DNA from: Candidatus Saccharimonadota bacterium
GTDB taxonomy: Bacteria > Patescibacteriota > Patescibacteriia > 2-12-FULL-60-25
Length of the DNA stretch: 32,000 nt
NCBI GenBank assembly: GCA_016699205.1
Contig: CP064964.1
Location: 510,001-542,000, forward strand
Direction: 5' to 3'
Of the stretch, positions 25,055 through 32,000 are shown in pieces. The position numbers and the translations under genes were made by a program. The notes beneath the pieces are model-generated. The model did no database searches. It saw only the letters and a program-made list of their open reading frames with translations, and had not been told where the DNA came from. Position 1 is the first letter of the stretch; the number at the start of each line of letters is the position of its first letter.

Positions 25055-25208
25055 TTGCCTAAATCGTCCAAATTACATAGATTATTCTTATGAAGAAAGA
25101 GATCCGGCGCTAATACCAACACTGATTCACTCAGCGCCGGAATTGAAATAGACCCGCTTGGGTCTTTATTTTTACACTGGATTCCAGCGTTCGCTGGAAT
25201 GACAATAT
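25055..25208 (+). promoter_or_regulatory. hflX leader: promoter, leaderless 7-codon uORF, hairpin, intrinsic terminator and pre-start hairpin (attenuator-like)
   Basis: TTGCCT (25055-60), 17 nt, TAGATT (25078-83). The ATG at 25090 lies 7 nt after the -10. The uORF is atg aag aaa gag atc cgg cgc taa (MKKEIRR, 25090-25113). Its 3' end forms the 5' arm of tccggcgct(25103-11)/agcgccgga(25133-41). The terminator is agaccc-gctt-gggtct plus ttattttt (25150-25173). A further hairpin, attccagc-gttc-gctggaat (25181-25200), sits just before the hflX ATG. Confidence 0.45.
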
Positions 25209-26339
25209 ATGCCTATTATTCCAAATAAACCGAGAGCCATCCTGATTGATGTCATTCCCCCATCGATGGATGAGAAGACGGCTAAGCGCCGTATTGAAGA
25301 GTTGGAATTGCTCACAAAAACGTATGGCGGAATGATCATCATTAAATTGATGCAGAAAAAAGGAACACCGGATTATCGTACCTATCTTGGCGGAGGAAAG
25401 ATGGAGGAAATCATCGAGCTTGCGAATAAAGAGAAGGCGGAAGCGTTGATCATTAATAATCTCCTCAAGCCGGGGCAGATGTTTAATGTGAATGAGGCGT
25501 TGCGGAAAGCAAAATTGAACATGCAGGCTTGGGATCGAGTCGATTTGATTTTGAAAATTTTTGATCGCCACGCAAAAACGGCGGAAGCAAAACTACAGAT
25601 CAAACTGGCAGCCATCCATCACATGGGACCGCGTATTTACGGTATGGGTATGGAGCTCATGCAGCAGAAAGGCGGAACCAGTACGCGCGGCGGACAGGGT
25701 GAAACCAATACCGAGTTAATGAAGCGCCACTTGTTTGAGCAAGAGCAAAAAATTAAGCGCGACTTGGAGCGCGTAAACGTGGCGCGCAAAGGTCATCGTG
25801 CACGACGCGACCGCGTGGGCTTGAAAACGGTGTCCGTTGTCGGATATACGAATGCCGGAAAGTCATCACTGTTGAATGCGCTGACAAAAAAAGGCGCGTA
25901 TGTGGCCAATGCCTTGTTTGCGACACTTGATACGCATGTCGGAAAGATCTGGATTCCGACGAAGGATGGTCGCGGGAAAGAAATCCTTATTTCAGACACA
26001 ATCGGATTCATTCAAGACTTGCCGCCGCAGCTGATTGACGCGTTTCGATCGACCTTGGATGAAACGATTGATGCCGATTTGCTTTTGCATGTGATCGACG
26101 TGAGTGACAAACACGTGCATGAGAAAATTAAAGAAGTCGAGCAGGTACTAAAGCAGATTGGTGCGGATGCGATTCCCAAAATCTATGTATTTAACAAGAT
26201 GGATTTGGTCAAGCGTAAGCCGGCAAAGATTGTGAAAGATGAATACAAGGCATTCCAGCCCGCGTTTGTCTCAGCGCATAGCGGAGTAGGTCTTGCCGAG
26301 CTTAAGACACTCATTGCCGAGACCCTTGGCTTGGATTGA
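25209..26339 (+). CDS. hflX: GTPase HflX
   Basis: N-terminal HflX domain. G1: VGYTNAGKSSLLNALT. G3: DTIGFI. G4: NKMD. Confidence 0.9.
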   Translation: MPIIPNKPRAILIDVIPPSMDEKTAKRRIEELELLTKTYGGMIIIKLMQKKGTPDYRTYLGGGKMEEIIELANKEKAEALIINNLLKPGQMFNVNEALRKAKLNMQAWDRVDLILKIFDRHAKTAEAKLQIKLAAIHHMGPRIYGMGMELMQQKGGTSTRGGQGETNTELMKRHLFEQEQKIKRDLERVNVARKGHRARRDRVGLKTVSVVGYTNAGKSSLLNALTKKGAYVANALFATLDTHVGKIWIPTKDGRGKEILISDTIGFIQDLPPQLIDAFRSTLDETIDADLLLHVIDVSDKHVHEKIKEVEQVLKQIGADAIPKIYVFNKMDLVKRKPAKIVKDEYKAFQPAFVSAHSGVGLAELKTLIAETLGLD

Positions 26340-26372
26340 CCGTTGGTCGGATTCCATTACACTTAGCTGCAT

Positions 26373-26744
26373 ATGGAACTCCTCACGATCCTCTTCCCGT
26401 TTGCCCTCGTTGCCCTCATTTTTGGAGCCATGATTTTTATGGCTGTTCAAAGAGGCTTTGAGATGAAAGAGCTTGTTGAACAAGGCGTTGAAACACAGGG
26501 TACAATTATCAGTAAGCGTTCGGTTTCAGCATCTCGCGCCTCTTCACGCCGGCAAAAACTCGCCTATCGCTATACGGATCGCCAAGGCAGCTCGCATGAA
26601 CACACTTCAATTGTCACATACGATGCCTATGACCAATACGAAGTCGGACAACCGATCGAGATCGTCTATTCCGCCAAGCGTCCGGGAGTAAGCGCGGCAA
26701 AGTACATGGTCGATCTGGCGCGTGAGACGATGCAGAAGAAATAA
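26373..26744 (+). CDS. DUF3592-like membrane protein
   Basis: N-terminal TM helix (LLTILFPFALVALIFGAMIFMAV) followed by a small beta domain (GTIISKRS...YRYTDRQGSSHEHTS...YEVGQPIEIVYSAKRP). Confidence 0.5.
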   Translation: MELLTILFPFALVALIFGAMIFMAVQRGFEMKELVEQGVETQGTIISKRSVSASRASSRRQKLAYRYTDRQGSSHEHTSIVTYDAYDQYEVGQPIEIVYSAKRPGVSAAKYMVDLARETMQKK

Positions 26745-26749
26745 TCGAC

Positions 26750-28204
26750 ATGGAGCTCGCACAAGCCATCGATCTTATTAAGCGCTCGATACCGAGCGCT
26801 TATCTTGTCGGTGGTTTTGTGCGGGATGAATTACTCGGGATTACATCGAAGGATGCGGATATTGAGGTGTTTGGGATGGCGTCGGAAGAGCTGGAGAAGA
26901 GGCTGCATGAGCTTTTTGATGGAAATGTCGTAACGGTTGGACGGTCGTTTGGCGTTTTCAAGGTTATGCTCGGTGGAGGTGTCGACGTTGATGTGGCGAT
27001 TCCGCGTCGCGAGTCAAAATCAGGAAAAGGCCATAAGGATTTTGTGGTTGAAGGTGATCCGACAATGACCATTGAAGAGGCGGCGCGACGTCGAGACTTC
27101 ACGATCAACGCCATGTATCGCGATTTGGCGAGCGGAGCGCTTGTTGATCCGTACGGAGGCGCGGATGATCTTAAAAACAAGGTCTTGAAGGCGGTGGAGG
27201 TGAAGACGTTTGGGGAAGATCCGTTGCGCGTGTATCGCGCGGTGCAGTTTGTGGCGCGTTTTGGGCTAACGGTTGAAGAAGAAACGTTTGAACTCATGAA
27301 AGGCATGGTCGAGGACGGCGAGCTTGATCATTTGCCGGCGGAACGCGTGACGGGCGAGATCAAAAAACTCTTGCTACAAGCCGAGCGACCCTCGATAGGA
27401 TTTGAGGCGATGCGCGCCCTCGGGATTATCGAGATGTATTATCCGGAATTACTGGTTTTGGAGGATACGCCGCAAGAACCGGACTGGCATCCTGAGGGAG
27501 ATGTTTGGATTCATACGATGATGGTGGTGGATCAAGCGTCACGCATCGCGCGTCACGCGTCTTCAAATCCGTTTGAACAATTCACGGATGAGGAGAGGCT
27601 TCAGATCGTACTAGGTGCGCTTTGCCATGATTTGGGAAAGCCATCGACCACGGCGATTGGAGAGAAAGATGGCGTACAGAGAATCCGCTCGCTCGGACAT
27701 GAAGAAGCGGGGGTTGAGCCGACAAAATTGCTTTTGGCCAAGTGGACATTTGGTCAGGCGGCATTGGAAGCGGCGCTTGCATCGGCTAAAGAGCATTTGA
27801 AACCGGGAATGTTATCGATGACCGTCGACAAAGGACAGATGAATGAGGAGCAATACGTAAATTCCGTGCGCAAGCTTTTGAAACGGATTCATCCGATCTC
27901 TTGGCGCATTTTATTGGCGATTGCCGAAAGCGATTATCGCGGCAGAACCATTCCCGGAGTCGACACGGAGCCCTATCTTGCCGGCGAGCGCATGCGCCAA
28001 ACGATCCGCACGTTCAAACTCGATGAAGCGCCGACGAAGCCGCTCATTTCCGGCAGCGATTTGATTCCGCTTGGCGTGAAACCGGGTCCGGGGATGGGTG
28101 AAATTATTAAAAAGGTCGAGACGGCACGCGATGCGGGAGAAATCAAGACACGGGAGGAAGCGCTGGAGATGGCAACAAACATTTTAAAAAGCCCGGCCGA
28201 GTGA
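26750..28204 (+). CDS. cca: CCA-adding tRNA nucleotidyltransferase with HD domain
   Basis: YLVGGFVRDELLG...DADIEV, RRDFTINAM, and the HD region GALCHDLGKP. Confidence 0.85.
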   Translation: MELAQAIDLIKRSIPSAYLVGGFVRDELLGITSKDADIEVFGMASEELEKRLHELFDGNVVTVGRSFGVFKVMLGGGVDVDVAIPRRESKSGKGHKDFVVEGDPTMTIEEAARRRDFTINAMYRDLASGALVDPYGGADDLKNKVLKAVEVKTFGEDPLRVYRAVQFVARFGLTVEEETFELMKGMVEDGELDHLPAERVTGEIKKLLLQAERPSIGFEAMRALGIIEMYYPELLVLEDTPQEPDWHPEGDVWIHTMMVVDQASRIARHASSNPFEQFTDEERLQIVLGALCHDLGKPSTTAIGEKDGVQRIRSLGHEEAGVEPTKLLLAKWTFGQAALEAALASAKEHLKPGMLSMTVDKGQMNEEQYVNSVRKLLKRIHPISWRILLAIAESDYRGRTIPGVDTEPYLAGERMRQTIRTFKLDEAPTKPLISGSDLIPLGVKPGPGMGEIIKKVETARDAGEIKTREEALEMATNILKSPAE

Positions 28205-28221
28205 TGGCGGGGCTTTTCAGA

Positions 28222-28674
28222 TCAGAGATCGGGATGAATTTCAGGAACGCGCGAATGTCGCGGGCGCTTGGCGAGCAAGACGGCGACGAGGCCGCGCATG
28301 TAATCCCTCCCTTTGAATCGGTAGGTGGATGCGCTCCCGTCGATCAGGACGAGGCTGCGCCGTTTGTAGATGAGGAGGCCGGGCTTGCCGAGCATCACCG
28401 CCGTTTCAAGCGGGTTGTACAGCTTGGAACGCGCTTTCAAGCCATCCGCGACTCCGCAGGTGTAGTGCTCGGGAGCACGCGTCTCGCAGCCGATAAGTCC
28501 GATCAGGTCGATGGCGGTTGCACCGTTCACCGATGCGTTGGCGTCAAAGGCGTGATAGAGATAGTCGTCACTGACGAGACCGTTCTTGCGGAGCGATTCA
28601 CGGAACAGCGCCACGAGCTTGCGGCGCTCCCATTCATCACCGATGTCGACACGGATGAGACGGAAATCTTCCAT
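28222..28674 (-). CDS. Hypothetical protein (150 aa), GC-rich orphan
   Basis: ORF 28222..28713 trimmed to MEDFRLIRVDIG, preceded by GGAGGA. No family recognised. Confidence 0.5.
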   Translation of the reverse strand: MEDFRLIRVDIGDEWERRKLVALFRESLRKNGLVSDDYLYHAFDANASVNGATAIDLIGLIGCETRAPEHYTCGVADGLKARSKLYNPLETAVMLGKPGLLIYKRRSLVLIDGSASTYRFKGRDYMRGLVAVLLAKRPRHSRVPEIHPDL

Positions 28675-28787
28675 CACTCCTCCAAAGGTGCACTCCGACG
28701 AATCGGAGGACAACTATTGCATCACCCTGATTTGGACGTGTCAATCCCATTTGACCCTTGGACAAGCACAGGGCATGCTGTCGTCGT

Positions 28788-29366
28788 ATGAAACAATCCT
28801 ATACCGCAAAAACCTTTGCGCTCGGAGCTCTTGAAGGACTCTCGGAGACGCAAATCGCCGAGCATTTGAAACTCTATGCCGGCTATGTGAAGAACACGAA
28901 CGCGCTCATGGAGAAAGTCGCGGCTCACAAGCAGAACTCGGAGGCGATGGCTATCGAACTTTCAGAACTCACGCGCCGATTTGGTTTTGAATTCAACGGC
29001 ATGCGCTTGCACGAGTATTACTTTGCGCAATTTGAGAAGTCGGAAGGCTCTGCTGATAAGCTAAAGATGACGCTTGAGGCTCAATACGGTTCATTCGACG
29101 CTTGGAAGAGCGAGGTATCCGCGATGGCTGTCATGCGCGGTATCGGCTGGGTGCTTACCGTCGTCGACGAAACAAATGGCAACCTCTTGAATGTCTGGGT
29201 AAGCGATCATGAACTTGGTCAGCTCGGCGGACAGAAGATCGTGTTTGCGCTCGATGTTTGGGAGCATGCGTACACGGTCGACTATAAGCCGACGGAGCGT
29301 GCAAAATATGTGGAGGCGTTTTGGAAGAATGTAAATTGGCAAAAAGTGGAGGAACGGTACGCGTAA
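28788..29366 (+). CDS. Fe/Mn superoxide dismutase family protein
   Basis: The C-terminal LDVWEHAYTVDYKPTERAKYVEAFWKNVNWQKV matches the D-x-W-E-H-A-Y SOD signature. The N-terminal helical hairpin reads IAEHLKLYAGYVKNTN. The start was chosen at MKQSYTAKTF. Confidence 0.75.
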   Translation: MKQSYTAKTFALGALEGLSETQIAEHLKLYAGYVKNTNALMEKVAAHKQNSEAMAIELSELTRRFGFEFNGMRLHEYYFAQFEKSEGSADKLKMTLEAQYGSFDAWKSEVSAMAVMRGIGWVLTVVDETNGNLLNVWVSDHELGQLGGQKIVFALDVWEHAYTVDYKPTERAKYVEAFWKNVNWQKVEERYA

Positions 29367-29374
29367 CAATGCGC

Positions 29375-29405
29375 AAAAACCCTTGACCATGTCGAGGGTT
29401 TTTGC
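29375..29405 (+). terminator. Intrinsic terminator after the SOD gene
   Basis: aaaaa-cccttgac-cat-gtcgaggg-tttttgc. Confidence 0.7.
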
Positions 29406-29429
29406 TATACAAGCGATCCGGAGGTGAAT

Positions 29430-29873
29430 GTGAATCTTTTGTTTGTTTGCCGCGGCAACACTTGCCGTAGCGTGCTCGCGCACTACATCGCGGAGGTGCT
29501 GGTTCGCAGCCATCCGGTCAAGCAGAAACCATTGATCCGCTCTGCGGGTGTCGAGGCTTGGCCTGGGATGACGGCGTCGTCCCACACCCTACAGGTTCTC
29601 GCCAAGGACTATGACTACGATGCGAGCTCGCACCGAGCGAGCAAGCTCACGCCTGAGCACATCAAATGGGCGGACGTGATCTATACGATGACGACCGCCC
29701 GCCGCGACCAGATCACGACCCAATTTCCCCAAGCCGTCGCCAAGCTCAAGCTCCTGTCTGCCAAGATTCCAATCGAGGATCCGATCGGTGGTGATGAGAC
29801 CGTGTACCGCGAGCTTGCAAAAGACATCGAGCAGGCTCTCAAGGTGCGCTACCTCGAGCTCGGCATCTTCTGA
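29430..29873 (+). CDS. Low-molecular-weight protein tyrosine/arginine phosphatase
   Basis: LLFVCRGNTCRSVLA carries the CX5R(S) P-loop. The catalytic Asp region is IEDPIGG. The GTG start lies 5 nt after GGAGG; the track start at 29424 lies within the SD. Confidence 0.8.
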   Translation: MNLLFVCRGNTCRSVLAHYIAEVLVRSHPVKQKPLIRSAGVEAWPGMTASSHTLQVLAKDYDYDASSHRASKLTPEHIKWADVIYTMTTARRDQITTQFPQAVAKLKLLSAKIPIEDPIGGDETVYRELAKDIEQALKVRYLELGIF

Positions 29874-29879
29874 CGAAAT

Positions 29880-29922
29880 AGCCCCGACACGCATCTGCGT
29901 CGTCGGGGCGTTGTGTTTTTTT
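29880..29922. terminator. Intrinsic terminator between the convergent phosphatase and cupin genes
   Basis: gccccgac-(13 nt)-gtcggggc followed by gttgtgtttttttt. Confidence 0.7.
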
Positions 29923-30302
29923 TAGTAATGCTCCGGCTTATGCTCGGCTTCATCCAAAGTTTTGTGAATCGTGCCAATCTTGTGACGAGGCGGGGCGTAG
30001 ATGGTGACGATTTTAAGATCTTCCGAGCCGGTATTGATGAAGTTGTGACTTGTGCCACGCGGAACCATGACGAGGGTGCCGGCGTTAATCGGACTTTCTT
30101 CACCGTTCAAGACGGCTTTTCCTGTGCCGGCGACGAACAGCAGGTTCTGATCGACGTCATCATGGACTTCTTCCCCCACTTCACTTCCGACGGGGATGCT
30201 CATGACCACGACTTGGGAGTCTTGCGCTGTTGCGACCTCGCGGCGATAGAAGGCGTTGTCTTTGGCTATGGCGACGATGTCGCCGGAAAAGGGTTTGAAC
30301 AT
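29922..30302 (-). CDS. Cupin domain protein
   Basis: ORF trimmed to MFKPFSGDIV. G(E)EVHDDVDQNLLFVAGTG...GTLVMVPRGTSHNFINTG fits the two cupin motifs. Confidence 0.7.
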   Translation of the reverse strand: MFKPFSGDIVAIAKDNAFYRREVATAQDSQVVVMSIPVGSEVGEEVHDDVDQNLLFVAGTGKAVLNGEESPINAGTLVMVPRGTSHNFINTGSEDLKIVTIYAPPRHKIGTIHKTLDEAEHKPEHY

Positions 30303-30426
30303 ATGTAAGCATGGTAGCACTAACGGAAGTGCCCTGGCTCTCGCCTTCTTTCTAACGCAAAACACCTACTCAAAAGGAGTTGACCGATGATGGAGAACTC
30401 CTCATTATAGAGATGTTCTTTTCCAA

Positions 30427-30583
30427 CTCATTATCAAGAGCGCAGACGAGGGTTTCTGGCCCAATGACTCTGCCGGCAACGTATCCATATGGACAACGTG
30501 CCAATTCCAGCCCTTATCGGGACAGATAACGAGTTCGAAATGGAATTTCATCGACTCTTCCGTCCACGGGAGAGCGTTTTTTT
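30427..30583 (+). promoter_or_regulatory. SAM-I (S-box) riboswitch with intrinsic terminator, upstream of metK
   Basis: ctcaTTATCAAGAGcgcagacGAGGGtttcTGGCCCaATGActctgCCGGCAACg...cGTGCCAATTCCagccc...gggacAGATAAcgag matches the S-box consensus. The terminator is ctcttccg-tcca-cgggagag plus cgttttttt (30555-30583). Confidence 0.85.
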
Positions 30584-30601
30584 AATCTTGTTTTTTCCTT
30601 T

Positions 30602-31654
30602 ATGCCTTTATTGCCATCGACCTACACCGCCGAAAGCGTTACTTCCGGACATCCTGATAAAGTTTGCGATCAAATCTCGGATGCGATTCTTGATACGTGT
30701 CTCGCGCAAGATCCCACGAGCCGTGTGGCTGTCGAGTGTCTTGGCTCGCATGGGCTACTCGTCATCGCCGGAGAAGTTACAACGCGTGCGGATTTTGATG
30801 CGGAAAAAATCGCGCGAAACGTCTACCGTAAAATTGGTTATGAGGATGATTTGGAGGTACGGGTCCATCTCACCAAGCAATCGCCGGATATTGCGCAGGG
30901 CGTTGATCCGGGAGGCGCGGGCGATCAAGGAATTATGTACGGTTTTGCCACAGACGAAACGGCGGAATATCTGCCGATAGCTAGCGTGGAGGCGCATCGC
31001 CTTGCAAGGACACTGGAGCAGCTCCGCAAGAACGACGCCGCTTATCACTGGTTACGACCCGACGGAAAAACGCAGATCACCATTCAGGATGGGAAGATCA
31101 CAGACGTCTTGATCAGCACACAACATGCGATCGAAATAACGCAGGAAGAGATCGCGCGAGCGCTTGAGCCGTTGATCGATCCGATTTTGGAGAAAGGACA
31201 TAGACCGCGTTTCCTTGTGAATCCTACGGGGCGATTTGTCCTTGGTGGATTTACCGCCGATGCCGGATTAACCGGACGTAAAATCATGGTTGATACGTAT
31301 GGCGGTGTCATACCGCATGGCGGGGGCGCGTTTTCCGGAAAAGATGCGACCAAGGTTGATCGCTCAGCGGCGTACATGTGCCGGTTTGTGGCAAAAAATC
31401 TTGTGGCAAATGGTCACGCCAAGGAGTGCCTGGTTTCTGTTGCTTACGCCATCGGTATGGTTGATCCGCTGATGGTGTATGCCATAGACCAAGACCGAAG
31501 ACCTATCGACAAGCACTTACTTGATTCCTTTGATTTTCGGCCGACAGCTATCATGGAGCGGCTTGGGTTACGACAGCCAATTTTCCAACAAACTGCCGCG
31601 TATGGGCACTTTGGTAAGGCCGGATTGCCGTGGGAAGATGTCGTGGTATGCTGA
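30602..31654 (+). CDS. metK: S-adenosylmethionine synthetase (compact, 350 aa)
   Basis: ESVTSGHPDKVCDQISDAILD, GAGDQGIMYGFA, GGGAFSGKDATKVDRSAAY. Confidence 0.9.
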   Translation: MPLLPSTYTAESVTSGHPDKVCDQISDAILDTCLAQDPTSRVAVECLGSHGLLVIAGEVTTRADFDAEKIARNVYRKIGYEDDLEVRVHLTKQSPDIAQGVDPGGAGDQGIMYGFATDETAEYLPIASVEAHRLARTLEQLRKNDAAYHWLRPDGKTQITIQDGKITDVLISTQHAIEITQEEIARALEPLIDPILEKGHRPRFLVNPTGRFVLGGFTADAGLTGRKIMVDTYGGVIPHGGGAFSGKDATKVDRSAAYMCRFVAKNLVANGHAKECLVSVAYAIGMVDPLMVYAIDQDRRPIDKHLLDSFDFRPTAIMERLGLRQPIFQQTAAYGHFGKAGLPWEDVVVC

Positions 31655-31661
31655 TAGAATT

Positions 31662-32000
31662 ATGTCTCCTCTAACAATAAGCAGACAGCTAACAGCGACC
31701 CGTTTTGTGCTCATCGCCTCGATGCTTCTTGTCGCGCCGATCGCCCATGCGGGAGATTGCGGTGCCGACCCTGTTTACGAGCGCAATATGACCGGCACGC
31801 CGACCGTCGGACTGCGTGTGCGCGATATTGCTTGTATGGAAGGCTCCAAAGTTTTGACGACGGTATCTGCCGGCACCTCGGTGAAGATCATCGGTGAGAC
31901 GGATGGTTGGTATAAGGTGAAAATTGGCGATACGGTTGGTTGGATGGGAGCGTCGCTTATCAAAGTGACAAATGGCAACGCAAATTCTTCCGATAAAGTC
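31662..32000 (+). CDS. Secreted SH3b-domain protein, partial (continues past the right edge)
   Basis: Hand translation has no stop: MSPLTISRQLTATRFVLIASMLLVAPIAHA (signal), then VGLRVRDIACMEGSKVLTTVSAGTSVKIIGETDGWYKVKIGDTVGWMGASLI (bacterial SH3 pattern). Confidence 0.6.
   Translation, partial: MSPLTISRQLTATRFVLIASMLLVAPIAHAGDCGADPVYERNMTGTPTVGLRVRDIACMEGSKVLTTVSAGTSVKIIGETDGWYKVKIGDTVGWMGASLIKVTNGNANSSDKV

Noticed and set aside
28191-28222. Hairpin agcccggcc...ggcggggct overlapping the last codons of cca.
   Set aside because: It is probably a simple, imperfect bidirectional terminator shared by the convergent cca and 28222-28674 genes. Nothing unusual beyond that.
30489-30980. 163-aa ORF spanning the metK leader and the 5' part of metK.
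   Set aside because: It overlaps the SAM-I riboswitch/terminator and is out of frame with the unmistakable MetK sequence.

Overview
Bacterial chromosomal window with a background of roughly 45-50% G+C. Genes are tightly packed and several junctions are ATGA or overlapping start/stop. The gene content includes a GT4 + DUF4012 + Ig-repeat envelope operon, long-form Ndk, extended bL32, NusB-RNase III, HflX, a CCA-adding enzyme and MetK behind a SAM-I riboswitch, with no biosynthetic operons. This resembles small Patescibacteria/CPR-type genomes, but that lineage call is inference only. I call 33 protein-coding loci: 2 are cut by the window edges, 2 are apparently frameshifted, and 1 is a 34-aa micro-ORF. 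I also call 4 tRNAs (Pro-UGG, Gly-UCC, Phe-GAA, Arg-UCG, all with encoded CCA), one SAM-I riboswitch, about a dozen intrinsic terminators and a few sigma70-like promoters. No rRNA, CRISPR array, integrase or transposase was seen. Seven things are most worth a second look. (1) A GC-rich, tRNA-Phe-adjacent single gene (8068-9450) has a C-terminal half that reads like a RelA/SpoT (toxSAS-type) nucleotidyltransferase, fused to an unrecognised N-terminal domain. (2) A DUF559 endonuclease gene is bracketed by about 41-bp terminal inverted repeats that each contain a GC hairpin (23123-23577). (3) A promoter, three-way-junction RNA and terminator sit ahead of an orphan gene (13490-13714, minus strand); this is riboswitch-like, with wobble pairs that only work on that strand. 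(4) A leaderless 7-codon uORF plus terminator lies ahead of hflX. (5) An ECF sigma factor is translationally overlapped with a roughly 1750-aa membrane-anchored alpha-2-macroglobulin-like protein and a secreted Memo-like protein. (6) A shared 12-mer/palindromic repeat is inserted in frame in two unrelated genes. (7) Two conserved genes carry local frameshifts, and tRNA-Gly has an 11-nt T-loop. All protein family calls come from motif recognition by eye. No database search was run.
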